58,270 bases of DNA from an uncultured Candidatus Saccharibacteria bacterium (GTDB taxonomy: Bacteria; Patescibacteriota; Minisyncoccia; UBA9983), in NCBI GenBank assembly GCA_964438405.1, contig CAYTKF010000003.1:1-58270 (forward strand), written 5' to 3'. The translations under genes were made by a program, and so were the position numbers. Each line of letters begins with the position of its first letter. Position 1 is the first letter of the stretch. A model generated the notes under the pieces. It saw only the letters and a list, made by a program, of their open reading frames with translations. It did not search any database and was not told where the DNA came from. Of the stretch, positions 47,128 through 56,512 are shown in pieces.

Positions 47128-47549
47128 TTTCTTTTAAGACGGTTTTAATTATTTTATTTCTTATTCTTTTTGTGGAAACTTTATCTTCCATCGGCAGCTG
47201 GCAGTGGATAGTTCCGTGGCTTGATATGCCAATGCACTTTGCGGGCGGAATATGGGTGGCGCTTTTGTTTTTTTATCTGGACGAAAATTATTTTAAGATC
47301 AGCAATAAAATCGCGCGTTATTTATCTACAATTTCTTTTACAATGCTCACCGGCGTTTTGTGGGAATTTGCCGAATATATTTACAGCGTATTTTTCCCGT
47401 CATCTGTTTTTTCTCTTTTTAAATTCCCGATGAATTTATACCGCGACACTTTGGGAGATTTATTTTTTGACCTTGCGGGAGCGCTGTTTTTTTGCCTGCT
47501 ATATTTTATAGTTGACAAATTTGGAAAGGCGAATAGAATGGGAGTATAA
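47124..47549 (+). CDS. Membrane protein (VanZ/DUF2238-like)
   Basis: Four TM helices, WLDMPMHFAGG, GVLWEFAE, DTLGDL. Confidence 0.7.
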   Translation: MISFKTVLIILFLILFVETLSSIGSWQWIVPWLDMPMHFAGGIWVALLFFYLDENYFKISNKIARYLSTISFTMLTGVLWEFAEYIYSVFFPSSVFSLFKFPMNLYRDTLGDLFFDLAGALFFCLLYFIVDKFGKANRMGV

Positions 47550-47618
47550 GTCGTAGACAGCAGGCATTTATAATGTAAGTCCTGTTCAGATATATTTGCG
47601 GCTTTTGCCGTATTTTTT
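47549..47618 (+). ncRNA. Ribosomal protein L10 leader (cis-regulatory)
   Basis: GTAGACAGCAGG...TAA...CCTG kink-turn-like motif followed by a hairpin and T-tract, directly upstream of rplJ. Confidence 0.65.
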
Positions 47619-48128
47619 ATGATAACGAAAGACCAAAAACAGGAAATATTAAAAGATTTGGAAGCTGGATTTAAAAAGGCCAAGGTTATTATTTTTGTAA
47701 ATTTCCACGGTCTTAGCGTTTCCGCGTCAACAAAATTAAGAAAATTATTAAGAGAGATCGACGTTAAATATACTGTTGCCAAAAAGACGCTTATCAAAAG
47801 GGCGCTTGGAGCGATCAATCCATCTGGCGAAATGCCGAAACTTGACGGAGAAATTGCAATTGCCTTTTCTGAAAATGATCCCATTGCTCCGGCAAAAGCT
47901 CTGGACAAATTCGCAAAAGAAAACAAAATGGTGACTTTTGCCGGTGGAATATACGAAAACGGCTATATCGGCCCCGGCTTAGTGACCGAGCTTGCCAGCA
48001 TTCCCTCAAGAGAAATTTTGCTCGGTAAATTAATTTATGTTATCAGTTCGTCGCAAAGAGGTTTGGTCGTGACTCTAAATGGCGTTATTAGAAATTTAGT
48101 GGGAGTATTATCCCAGATTAAGAAATAA
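47619..48128 (+). CDS. rplJ: 50S ribosomal protein L10
   Basis: FVNFHGLSV, VAKKTL, LASIPSRE. Confidence 0.95.
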   Translation: MITKDQKQEILKDLEAGFKKAKVIIFVNFHGLSVSASTKLRKLLREIDVKYTVAKKTLIKRALGAINPSGEMPKLDGEIAIAFSENDPIAPAKALDKFAKENKMVTFAGGIYENGYIGPGLVTELASIPSREILLGKLIYVISSSQRGLVVTLNGVIRNLVGVLSQIKK

Positions 48129-48132
48129 AAAC

Positions 48133-48516
48133 ATGAGCGACAAGTTTAACGATATTATAGAAAAAATAGAGAAACTTAGCGTTTTGGAATTGTCAGAATT
48201 AGTGAAGACATTGGAAGAAAAGTTTGGCGTATCAGCACAGGCAATGATGGTTGCTGCTTCGGTAAATGGGGCGGGTAATGCGACAACGGAAGAGGTTGAA
48301 GAAAAGTCAGCCTTTAATGTTGAAATTAAAAGTACTGGAGAAAAGAAAATTGAAGTGATTAAAGTTCTCCGCGACACACTTGGTCTCGGCCTTAAGGAGG
48401 CAAAAGATATGGCTGACAAGGCTCCTATTGTTGTCAAAGAGGGAATGGACAAAAAATCAGCAGACGAGCTCAAAGCCAAACTGGTTGCCGCAGGCTGCAC
48501 AGTGGAACTTAAGTAG
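48133..48516 (+). CDS. rplL: 50S ribosomal protein L7/L12
   Basis: LSVLELSELVK..EEKFGV, KKIEVIK, GLGLKEAK. Confidence 0.97.
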   Translation: MSDKFNDIIEKIEKLSVLELSELVKTLEEKFGVSAQAMMVAASVNGAGNATTEEVEEKSAFNVEIKSTGEKKIEVIKVLRDTLGLGLKEAKDMADKAPIVVKEGMDKKSADELKAKLVAAGCTVELK

Positions 48517-48554
48517 TTGCCAAAAATTATTGCTGGTGCTAGAGTGAAATTGTT

Positions 48555-49178
48555 ATGCAGAGCATCCTAGAAAAGATTTTTGGTTCAGCGGCAAGGGTTA
48601 AAATAATCCGTCTTTTCCTGTTAAATCAAGAAAACCTATTTAATGCAAAAGATATCTCCCGCAGGGCCAAGGTCAGTATTGCCTCGGTTCGCCGGGAGAT
48701 TTTTCTTTTAAACGGAATTGACTTCATAAAACAAAAACGGGAAAAAATAGACGATGTTATAAAACTCAAAAACGGCGAAATAAAAAACAAAAAGAAAATA
48801 ATCCAGGGTTTTAAACTTAATCCGCTTTTCCCATTTTTGCATCAGCTGAGAGGTTTGGTTGTAACGGCCGCGCCAATTAATAAAGAAAAATTAATAAAAT
48901 CACTTAATTCAACGGGCAAAATAAAATTAATAATTTTATCGGGAATTTTTATTCAGTCAGATGAAAGCAGGATTGATTTATTTATCGTCGGCGATTCCAT
49001 CAGACGCGGGGCATTGGACAGAATTTTAAAAAACATTGAGGCAGAAATCGGCAAGGAATTAAATTACGCAATTTTCACTACAGAAGAATTTCTCTACCGC
49101 TTCGGCATGTACGACCGTTTCATACGCGACATCCTTGACTACCCGCACGAGAAACTGGTGAATAAATTAAATATCTAG
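48555..49178 (+). CDS. HTH plus nucleotidyltransferase-like domain protein
   Basis: LEKIFGSAARVKIIRLF winged-HTH-like N-terminus; LSGIF...RIDLFIVGD, EIGKELNY. Confidence 0.6.
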   Translation: MQSILEKIFGSAARVKIIRLFLLNQENLFNAKDISRRAKVSIASVRREIFLLNGIDFIKQKREKIDDVIKLKNGEIKNKKKIIQGFKLNPLFPFLHQLRGLVVTAAPINKEKLIKSLNSTGKIKLIILSGIFIQSDESRIDLFIVGDSIRRGALDRILKNIEAEIGKELNYAIFTTEEFLYRFGMYDRFIRDILDYPHEKLVNKLNI

Positions 49179-49249
49179 CGCCCTTAGCTCAGTGGTAGAG
49201 CGTTCGATTCACATTCGAAAGGCCGTAGGTCCAATCCCTACAGGGCGCA
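49178..49249 (+). tRNA. tRNA-Val(CAC)
   Basis: Acceptor GCGCCCT/AGGGCGC, TTCGA-TTCACAT-TCGAA; T-loop TCCAATC. Confidence 0.92.
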
Positions 49250-49316
49250 ATTAATAAAGTTTAAAATTCTATAAATTGGCCTATTTTAGCCATATATTTT
49301 AAGCCTAATTTTGTGC

Positions 49317-49346
49317 TTGACAAATTGATGGCTTTTGGTATATAAT
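49317..49346 (+). promoter_or_regulatory. Sigma70 promoter
   Basis: TTGACA-18nt-TATAAT. Confidence 0.7.
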
Positions 49347-49474
49347 ATAAGTAGAAATTTACGATCTGTTCGGGCTATCAGGGTCGTAAAAGTGCCTCTC
49401 AACCCTTGCCCCTTCCCACAAGGAAGAAAGCGGATGAGCTCCAATTTGCTGGTTTCTAAACCACAAAAAGGAGA

Positions 49475-49795
49475 ATGGCTATGACGAACGAATGCACTTG
49501 CAAAAATTGCGGAAAGAAATTTCAATCACAGAAGAAAGACAGCACTATCTGCTACGCCTGTGCTCTCGCGGAGCTCATTGGGAAAGGTGGTCCAGAGGAG
49601 GGCGACATCAACAGTGCCCTACTCATTTCTGGCGAGATGTCTGACCAAAAGACTCGGTGGCTCCAAGAAGATTTGGAGTCAATCGATCATTCGAGCGCAG
49701 AGTCCCGATGGAGGCAGATGGTTGAAGATTACGACCGCGGCGATTTCGAAGACCATCGCTGGGATTACCTCGAAGAGCGAGACGAAGAAGAGTAG
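49475..49795 (+). CDS. Hypothetical Zn-finger protein with an acidic C-terminus
   Basis: CTCKNC...CYAC then a D/E-rich tail; AAGGAG SD; followed by a terminator. Confidence 0.7.
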   Translation: MAMTNECTCKNCGKKFQSQKKDSTICYACALAELIGKGGPEEGDINSALLISGEMSDQKTRWLQEDLESIDHSSAESRWRQMVEDYDRGDFEDHRWDYLEERDEEE

Positions 49796-49805
49796 TACTT
49801 TCGGT

Positions 49806-49834
49806 AAGAGCGACCTTCGGGCCGCTCTTTTTTA
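49806..49834 (+). terminator. Intrinsic terminator
   Basis: AAGAGCG-ACC-TTCG-GGC-CGCTCTT then a T run. Confidence 0.8.
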
Positions 49835-49924
49835 TTTATTTCTTTTTTGTATCACCATAAACAACATTATCATCGCGAATGCTGTGAAGGCCATTAGAGG
49901 TATCGTGATGTAGCCGAAGGTCAT
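49832..49924 (-). pseudogene. C-terminal remnant resembling DsbB
   Basis: MTFGYITIPLMAFTAFAMIMLFMVIQKRNK*. FGYITIP followed by a TM helix resembles the last helix of DsbB/BdbC proteins (recognised from memory). Confidence 0.45.
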
Positions 49925-49963
49925 GAAAAATTTCTCTGCTTGACTTTTTATTTTGATAATGAT

Positions 49964-49987
49964 AACCTACTACCTAGGTGGTAGGTT
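49964..49987. promoter_or_regulatory. Palindromic operator, putative CsoR site
   Basis: AACCTACTACCT/AGGTGGTAGGTT, a 24-bp inverted repeat with one mismatch, just upstream of the repressor gene. Confidence 0.7.
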
Positions 49988-50009
49988 TATTAGTTATATT
50001 AAACATAAC

Positions 50010-50279
50010 ATGAAAAAGCATATTTTTGCAAACAGGGAAAAATCCCTTAAGTATTCCAAGCAGGCCCAGGGCACGCTTTTAAAAGTAATAGAAATGATAG
50101 AAAAAAATAGATATTGTCCGGAAATTATACAACAGGTGGACAGTGTTATCGGTCTTTTGACTGCTGCCAAGCGAGAGCTCCTTTCCGGACATCTTGACAC
50201 CTGCCTGGTCCATCAGATGATAGAAAATAAGAAAAAGGCAATAGAAGAATTATTAAAAATATATAATTTGTCAAATTAA
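50010..50279 (+). CDS. csoR: CsoR/RcnR-family metal-sensing repressor
   Basis: MIEKNRYCPEIIQQV...GHLDTC (Cys...His-x3-Cys); heads the copper locus. Confidence 0.85.
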   Translation: MKKHIFANREKSLKYSKQAQGTLLKVIEMIEKNRYCPEIIQQVDSVIGLLTAAKRELLSGHLDTCLVHQMIENKKKAIEELLKIYNLSN

Positions 50280-50282
50280 TTT

Positions 50283-50528
50283 ATGATGGGTTATTATTAC
50301 GACAATAATTATATGATGGGTTTCGGCGGAGGTTTTATCTTTATGATTTTTTGGTGGGTATTGATTATCGTTGGAATTGTTTTACTGGTGAAATGGGTTG
50401 CAAATCCGCAAAAAGATAACTCTGGCAATAAAGAGAAAACGCCTTTGGATATTCTTAAAGAACGCTATGCAAAAGGAGAGATAGACAAAAAAGAATTTGA
50501 AGAAAAGAAAAAAGATATAGGAGCATGA
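50283..50528 (+). CDS. SHOCT domain membrane protein
   Basis: [10 protein letters not shown] helix, [23 protein letters not shown]. Confidence 0.9.
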   Translation: MMGYYYDNNYMMGFGGGFIFMIFWWVLIIVGIVLLVKWVANPQKDNSGNKEKTPLDILKERYAKGEIDKKEFEEKKKDIGA

Positions 50529-52894
50529 AAAAAGAAACATATAAAATTCACGGAATACATTGTGCCAGCTGCGTTGCCACCATTGAACGAGCGCTTTCAA
50601 AGACGTCCGGCGTGCATTCTGCTTCGGTTAATTTCGCTTCGGAATCAGCTTTGATTGAGTTTGATGAAAATATTGTTTCTGAATCTGGTCTGGCAAAAGC
50701 AGTTGAACTTGCTGGTTATAATCTCAATATCGGTTTCCAAACAAAAAAAGAAAAAATAGATATGGGCTCTTCTGGACACAATCACGCGGATATGGAACGA
50801 GAGAATCAGATAAAAAATATGAAGCGTAAGCTTGTCGTCGGCGGCATTATTTCTGTTCTTATATTCTTGGGCAGTTTCCCGGAATGGTTCTCTTTTGTGC
50901 CAAAAATTTTAAATAATAACTGGATTCTTCTTGTCCTAACAGCTCCTGTGCAATTTTGGGTTGGCTGGCAATTCTACAGCGGACTTAAGCTTCTTGTAAA
51001 ATACCGCACGGCTGACATGAATACGTTAATCGCCATTGGAACTTTAGCGGCATATTTCTACAGCGTGGCGGTTACTGTTTTCCCTATCTTTTTCACAAAA
51101 GGAGGGATAACACCGGCGATCTATTTCGATACTTCGGCGATAATTATTGTTTTAATCCTTTTGGGAAAGTATTTTGAGGTTTTAATGAAGGGAAGGGCAA
51201 GCGAAGCGATTAAAAAATTGATAGGGCTTCAGCCAAAGACGGCAAAAGTTTTAAGGGACGGAAAAGCCGCCGAAGGCGAGCCTCGCCAATGGCGGGAAAT
51301 TGAAATGCTGATTGCTGATGTTATTGTTGGCGATTTAATAATTGTTCGGCCCGGAGAAAGAATTCCGGTTGACGGGAAGATAACCGAGGGAGATTCGGAA
51401 ATTGACGAATCAATGATTACCGGGGAATCAATGCCAATTCATAAAAAAGTTGACAGCGTAGTTATAGGCAGCACCATAAATAAATTCGGAACTTTCACTT
51501 TCCGCGCGACCAAGGTTGGAAAGGACACGGTGCTCTCGCAAATTATTAAAATGGTAGAGGAAGCCCAGGGTTCCAAGGCTCCGATTCAACGACTGGCTGA
51601 CCTGGTTTCTTCCTATTTTGTTCCCGCGGTATTTATCATCGCTGTTCTGACTTTTGTTGTTTGGTTTTTCTTCGGGCCTGCCTCGCCGGCAGGCGGGCCG
51701 GCTCCCGCTTTTACTTTTGCTCTTATTAATTTTGTGGCTGTTTTGATCATCGCCTGTCCCTGCGCTCTTGGTCTTGCCACGCCAATGGCCATTATGGTTT
51801 CTTCCGGCAGTGCGGCGGGCAGAGGAATTTTAATAAAAGACGCCGCTTCGCTCGAAATTGCCAATAAGATAAACACGGTGATTTTAGATAAAACAGGTAC
51901 CCTCACCCAAGGGAAACCGCAATTGACTGATATTGTTGCGTTCAATAATAACCACCAAGTTGAAATTCTTAATCTTGCCGCTTCATTGGAGCAGAGATCA
52001 GAACATCCCTTGGCGCAGGCCATATTGCAATATGCCGCAAGCATTGATCAAAAATCCTCGCACCCGCTTGATAGGGCAATTATAGATGAGGTGACGAAAG
52101 AAAAAATCGAACTTTATAGATTAGAAGATTTTAAGGCTATCTCTGGAAAGGGATTGCGAGGATTTTTACAAATCCAATCTCAAAAAATTGAGGCATATTT
52201 AGGAAACCGAGCCTTGATGGCTGATATTGGTCTCGATGCATCTTTATACGAAAATGCTATCACCAAGCTTGAAAATGAAGGAAAGACAATAATGATTCTT
52301 GCTGTTGATAAAAAGATTAAGGGCGCGCTTGCTGTTGCCGATGTGTTAAAAAAGGAATCAATTGAAGCAATACAGATCCTCAAAAAGAACAGCATAGATG
52401 TTTGGATGCTGACCGGAGATAACGACCGTACTGCTAGAGCTATTGCAGCGGAGGTGGGCATAGATAATGTAATGAGCGAAGTTTTGCCAGAAAAAAAATC
52501 AGAGAAAGTTCGTGCGCTTCAAGAACAAGGGAAAATTGTGGCAATGATCGGTGACGGCATAAACGACGCGCCCGCACTCACCCAAGCCAATGTAGGTATT
52601 GCCATGGGTGAAGGCACGGATATTGCCATGGAGTCAGCCAATATTACGCTGATGAGAGGAGATTTGATGCTTATTCTTGAAGTAATAAAAATTTCAAAAC
52701 GTACTATGAGAATAATAAAACAAAATCTTTTCTGGGCGTTTTTCTACAATATTGCTTTTATCCCCGTGGCAGCGGGGGCACTCTATCCGTTTTTCGGAAT
52801 TCTCCTCAATCCGATTTTTGCCGGGCTTGCCATGGCGTTTTCAAGCGTTTCTGTTGTTTCCAATTCACTTCGGCTTAAGGCTAAAAATTTATAA
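50525..52894 (+). CDS. copA: Cu(I)-translocating P1B-type ATPase
   Basis: HMA domain [42 protein letters not shown] and MAFSS. Confidence 0.96.
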   Translation: MKKETYKIHGIHCASCVATIERALSKTSGVHSASVNFASESALIEFDENIVSESGLAKAVELAGYNLNIGFQTKKEKIDMGSSGHNHADMERENQIKNMKRKLVVGGIISVLIFLGSFPEWFSFVPKILNNNWILLVLTAPVQFWVGWQFYSGLKLLVKYRTADMNTLIAIGTLAAYFYSVAVTVFPIFFTKGGITPAIYFDTSAIIIVLILLGKYFEVLMKGRASEAIKKLIGLQPKTAKVLRDGKAAEGEPRQWREIEMLIADVIVGDLIIVRPGERIPVDGKITEGDSEIDESMITGESMPIHKKVDSVVIGSTINKFGTFTFRATKVGKDTVLSQIIKMVEEAQGSKAPIQRLADLVSSYFVPAVFIIAVLTFVVWFFFGPASPAGGPAPAFTFALINFVAVLIIACPCALGLATPMAIMVSSGSAAGRGILIKDAASLEIANKINTVILDKTGTLTQGKPQLTDIVAFNNNHQVEILNLAASLEQRSEHPLAQAILQYAASIDQKSSHPLDRAIIDEVTKEKIELYRLEDFKAISGKGLRGFLQIQSQKIEAYLGNRALMADIGLDASLYENAITKLENEGKTIMILAVDKKIKGALAVADVLKKESIEAIQILKKNSIDVWMLTGDNDRTARAIAAEVGIDNVMSEVLPEKKSEKVRALQEQGKIVAMIGDGINDAPALTQANVGIAMGEGTDIAMESANITLMRGDLMLILEVIKISKRTMRIIKQNLFWAFFYNIAFIPVAAGALYPFFGILLNPIFAGLAMAFSSVSVVSNSLRLKAKNL
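51267..51296 (+). repeat. In-frame REP-like insertion in copA (10 codons)
   Basis: CCGCCGAAGGCGAGCCTCGCCAATGGCGGG, giving [10 protein letters not shown] within VLRDGK|EIE. Confidence 0.7.
51677..51697 (+). repeat. In-frame REP-like insertion in copA (7 codons)
   Basis: CCTGCCTCGCCGGCAGGCGGG with GGGCC repeated 21 bp apart; encodes PASPAGG. Confidence 0.75.
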
Positions 52895-52900
52895 AATATT

Positions 52901-53920
52901 ATGGAGCAAAAAATACACATATTTCATATCCATGGCATGCATTGCAAGGCCTGCGAGGTGCTTACGGAAAGTGAGCTCAAAGAACATCCGAAAGTTTTTT
53001 TTGTAAAATCAAGCTTAAAGACATCTTCGGTAGAAATTTTAGGGGATTTTGGAGATTTATCACAAGAAGATGTTATTAAGGAATTGGCTAATCTTCTTTC
53101 TCAACATTCGCTTTCGACGGAAAAACAGAAAAAAGAAATAAAATGGAAAGAATTTTTAACGGCAATTCCTATTGCCCTTAGTTTTATACTTTTGTTTATA
53201 CTTTTGCAGAAATTTGGGATTGTAAATTTGGTGAATTCCACAAAACTCAATTACGGCACTGCGTTTGTTGTTGGTATCATTGCCTCTCTCTCAACCTGTC
53301 TGGCAGTTGTGGGTGGATTACTTCTTTCCATTTCCGTCACGTTCGCGCAGAAGAACGATAAAGTACGGCCGCAGATTCTTTTTCATATTGCTAGAATTAT
53401 TTCTTTTTTTCTGCTTGGAGGGGCTGTCGGCGCAATCGGTTCCGCATTCCAATTTGGCGCCATCGGAACATTTGTCCTTAGCATTCTTGTCGGTCTTGTG
53501 ATGTTCGTGCTGGGTATTAATCTTCTTGATATTTTTCACTGGACAAAAAGACTTCAGCCGGCAATGCCGAAATTCTTTTCCAAGAGAGTTTTAAACGTTA
53601 CAAAAATAAATCACACAATCACTCCTGCGCTGGCCGGTATTGCGACATTCTTTTTACCCTGTGGTTTTACCCAATCAATGCAAATATACGCGTTGTCAAC
53701 GGGCAGTTTTTTGAGCGGAGCTCTGACAATGCTTTTTTTTGCGCTAGGCACGTTACCGGTGCTGGCCTTGATAAGCTTTAGTTCATTTAGCATTAAAGAT
53801 AGTTCCAAGTCCGGCATTTTTTTTAAGAGTGTTGGATTGATTTTGATTCTTTTCGCGGTTTTTAACATTATCAACGGTCTGGCGGCAATGGGATTGATTG
53901 CTCCGGTGTTTAATTTTTAA
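52901..53920 (+). CDS. HMA domain plus TauE/SafE (DsbD_2)-like membrane protein
   Basis: GMHCKAC, ASLSTCLAVVGG, FFLPCGFTQ, FALGTLP. Confidence 0.88.
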   Translation: MEQKIHIFHIHGMHCKACEVLTESELKEHPKVFFVKSSLKTSSVEILGDFGDLSQEDVIKELANLLSQHSLSTEKQKKEIKWKEFLTAIPIALSFILLFILLQKFGIVNLVNSTKLNYGTAFVVGIIASLSTCLAVVGGLLLSISVTFAQKNDKVRPQILFHIARIISFFLLGGAVGAIGSAFQFGAIGTFVLSILVGLVMFVLGINLLDIFHWTKRLQPAMPKFFSKRVLNVTKINHTITPALAGIATFFLPCGFTQSMQIYALSTGSFLSGALTMLFFALGTLPVLALISFSSFSIKDSSKSGIFFKSVGLILILFAVFNIINGLAAMGLIAPVFNF

Positions 53921-53926
53921 AAAATT

Positions 53927-54316
53927 ATGAAAGCAACAATAATTTCAATTATCTTTTCTGTTGCGCTTATTGCTGGGGTGATAATATTTTTTGGCAGTGG
54001 TTCCGGTGCCTCGTCATCTCCTGAACAAAACAACGTTTCAATAGTAGACGGGAAACAGATTATTGAAATAAGCGCCAAGGGTGGATATTCGCCGCGAAAC
54101 ACTACTGCAAAAGCGAACATACCTACAGTTCTTAGAATAAAGACGCAAGGAACCTTTGATTGTTCTTCTGCCCTTGTCATCCCGTCAATAGGATACAGAA
54201 AGAATCTTCCCTCTTCCGGAGAGACTGATATTGAGCTTCCCTTACAAAAAACAGGTTCAATCATAAAGGGTTTTTGCACCATGGGTATGTACAGTTTTAA
54301 GATTAATTTTAATTAA
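53927..54316 (+). CDS. Cupredoxin-domain protein
   Basis: TM anchor, GGYSP, FDCS, FCTMGMY. Confidence 0.85.
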   Translation: MKATIISIIFSVALIAGVIIFFGSGSGASSSPEQNNVSIVDGKQIIEISAKGGYSPRNTTAKANIPTVLRIKTQGTFDCSSALVIPSIGYRKNLPSSGETDIELPLQKTGSIIKGFCTMGMYSFKINFN

Positions 54317-54322
54317 AAAAGC

Positions 54323-54331
54323 TTATCCACA
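54323..54331 (+). promoter_or_regulatory. DnaA-box consensus
   Basis: Intergenic TTATCCACA upstream of the 54411 gene promoter. Confidence 0.45.
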
Positions 54332-54410
54332 CGTTAATATTTAAAGGCAATCGGCTGTGATATTATATAAAGAGGTCGGAATTATTAGTTTTAATAATTA
54401 AATATCACAT

Positions 54411-55097
54411 ATGTTGCAAACTTGGAGCGACGTTTTGGCTTACACATTCCAGGAACTTTGGGCAGGGACGATTTTGTTTATTCCAAAATTGCTCGTGGCA
54501 GTCATAATTTTTATTGTTGGCTGGGTGATTGCGGTTGCCTTGGGCAAATTGGTTAATCAAGTTGTCCGTGCCATAAGAGTTGATAAACTTTTTCAGGCAC
54601 TGGGAGCTGAGGAGCCGTTGGCCAAGGCTGGATTCCGCTTGGATACAGGTGCTTTTATTGGCGGTTTGGTACGATGGTTTTTGATCATCGTTTTCATGGT
54701 TGCGTCTATTGACGTTCTTGGTCTGAGTCAGGTCAATCTCTTTTTGAGAGAGGTTGTTCTTGGTTATCTGCCTAATGTCATCGTGGCTGCTCTTATCTTG
54801 GTTGTGGCCGCATTTGTGGCTGAGACAATGCAGAGGATTGTTGTTGGTACTGCAAAGGCGGCAGGCGTTCCCTCCACTCATCTTATGGGCGGAGTGACAA
54901 AGTGGTCCATCTGGACATTTGCCATTTTGGCTGCTTTGTACCAATTGGGAATTGCCGGAGTTTTTGCTCAGACGCTTTTCACGGGACTTGTTGCTATGCT
55001 GGCAATTGCCGGCGGAGTGGCCTTTGGTCTTGGTGGAAAAGATGCGGCAGCCAGATACGTTGAAAAGATGCGAAGAGATATCGGAGGAAAAGAATAA
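54411..55097 (+). CDS. CmpX/MscS-TM-helix-like membrane protein
   Basis: FIPKLLVAVIIFIVGW, YLPNVIVAALIL, AFGLGGKDAA. Confidence 0.8.
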   Translation: MLQTWSDVLAYTFQELWAGTILFIPKLLVAVIIFIVGWVIAVALGKLVNQVVRAIRVDKLFQALGAEEPLAKAGFRLDTGAFIGGLVRWFLIIVFMVASIDVLGLSQVNLFLREVVLGYLPNVIVAALILVVAAFVAETMQRIVVGTAKAAGVPSTHLMGGVTKWSIWTFAILAALYQLGIAGVFAQTLFTGLVAMLAIAGGVAFGLGGKDAAARYVEKMRRDIGGKE

Positions 55098-55176
55098 AAA
55101 ATACTGATATTCAAAAAAGTCCGGCTCTCAAAGCCGGGCTTTTGATTTTTAATGTAGATTTTATATAGTATATAAC

Positions 55177-55800
55177 ATGGTGCACAAACGCAAAACTAAG
55201 AAGTCAGTTATTGTGGCTATTGTTGGTCTTGTCGGTTCCGGTAAAAGTTCTGTGACTAAAGAACTTGCTAGGCATATCGGTGCCACCGTTATTAAAGGCG
55301 ATGATATTCGTATCGAGCTTCGCAAGCAGGGTGAACGGTATGAACAAGCTCGAGTTATTGCTGAAAATGTTGCGCTTGAAGTTGTAAAGCGAGGCAGTAA
55401 CGTTATTCTTGATTCTGATTTTATTGAAGCGAATAAACGAGCAAGTGTTCGTGAGAAAGCGCGGAAAGCTGGTGTGCGTCTCGTCTTCGTTCGTACACAC
55501 TGCGATCTCGATGTGGCAGTTGGCCGTGTTCTAACTGCAACCTATCATAATCGTGTGGACGACTTTTTCGGAGGTGCGTCTTCGAAATGGACAGGAGGCG
55601 AGCAGACAAAAGGTGCGGTAGTAAAAATCCGCGAGATGTGGCGTCGCACGCCTCATCACTATCGCTGGGTCAATCAAGGCGGCGGTAAGTGGATTCTCAA
55701 AAAATTTCCGTTTCCCCTTTTTGCCGAAATTGACACCACAACTGATTCCTGGAAAAAGGAAGTGAAGAAATGCGCTAAAAAACTTTTAGCGCAAAAATAA
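55177..55800 (+). CDS. P-loop kinase (AAA_33-like)
   Basis: Walker A GLVGSGKS, GDDIRIEL, VILDSDF. Confidence 0.75.
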   Translation: MVHKRKTKKSVIVAIVGLVGSGKSSVTKELARHIGATVIKGDDIRIELRKQGERYEQARVIAENVALEVVKRGSNVILDSDFIEANKRASVREKARKAGVRLVFVRTHCDLDVAVGRVLTATYHNRVDDFFGGASSKWTGGEQTKGAVVKIREMWRRTPHHYRWVNQGGGKWILKKFPFPLFAEIDTTTDSWKKEVKKCAKKLLAQK

Positions 55801-55868
55801 AATTGTTATTTTTTGTAATTTGGTCCGTGCTTGAAAAAGCCGGACTTTTTGTTTTTTATCCACAGCGC

Positions 55869-55898
55869 TTGCCTTTTTGTCTTTGGAAGTGTTATACT
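55869..55898 (+). promoter_or_regulatory. Sigma70 promoter of a small RNA
   Basis: TTGCCT-18nt-TATACT with extended TG; no plus-strand ORF follows before the terminator. Confidence 0.65.
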
Positions 55899-55903
55899 TA
55901 TAA

Positions 55904-55993
55904 AGTGCTTGTGGGGCGTCAGCCCTATTCGGCTAATACATAAGCTGAAGGCAGGCACTACAAAGATACCCCTTGCGGGGTGTTTTTGTTTTT
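55904..55993 (+). ncRNA. Putative structured small RNA (three-way junction plus terminator)
   Basis: P1 AGTGCTTGT/GCAGGCACT, P2 GGGC-GTCA-GCCC, P3 TTCGGCT/AGCTGAA, then ATACCCC-TTGC-GGGGTGT and a T-tract. Confidence 0.7.
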
Positions 55994-56471
55994 AGTCTTC
56001 TTCGGGATTACCATTCATTGTTGTAAAAAATCTTATATCTCTATATTTATTTGTAGTCCAGTCGGGAATAATGCTTAAAAAATGCATTGTCCCGTTGTCT
56101 CCTATTTTTCTGATTATTACTTTAATTTTTCTGCCGTCAATTATTGCGATTATACCCCAATATTTGACTGGCTTAGTTTTTCTAATTTTTTTCTTGAAAC
56201 TTTTAACTTCAAATTCTTTTATTGTTTCTTCAAATTCTTGATAAGTTGTTGATGTTTTTATAAGTTTGACTGCCAATGGAAGCAATTTAAATCTCAATAT
56301 TTGAGAAGATTTTTCTCTTTCCGAATGCGCCCGCTTAAAAATAATATGATTAAATGATTCAGAGGGAAAATATATATCTTGATTAAAAACAGGAGAAAAA
56401 ACCTTACCAATTCCATTATAAAAATTTTGTGCATTCTCTTTTAGTTTTTCGTAGTTAGAAATATCTTCCAT
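55992..56471 (-). CDS. BECR-fold (PBECR/RelE-like) putative ribonuclease
   Basis: IYFPSESFNHIIFK...RFKLL...YWGIIAII..KIKVIIRK...HFLSIIP pattern. Fold assignment is an inference. Confidence 0.6.
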   Translation of the reverse strand: MEDISNYEKLKENAQNFYNGIGKVFSPVFNQDIYFPSESFNHIIFKRAHSEREKSSQILRFKLLPLAVKLIKTSTTYQEFEETIKEFEVKSFKKKIRKTKPVKYWGIIAIIDGRKIKVIIRKIGDNGTMHFLSIIPDWTTNKYRDIRFFTTMNGNPEED

Positions 56472-56512
56472 AATGAAACTTTATCATTTTTGGTTTAATT
56501 TATCCACAGCGC

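Noticed and set aside
49560-49913. 117-aa plus-strand ORF
   Set aside because: It overlaps the Zn-finger gene in another frame and crosses its terminator; no SD or motif.
54405-54944. 179-aa minus-strand ORF
   Set aside because: Shadow of the hydrophobic CmpX-like gene on the opposite strand.
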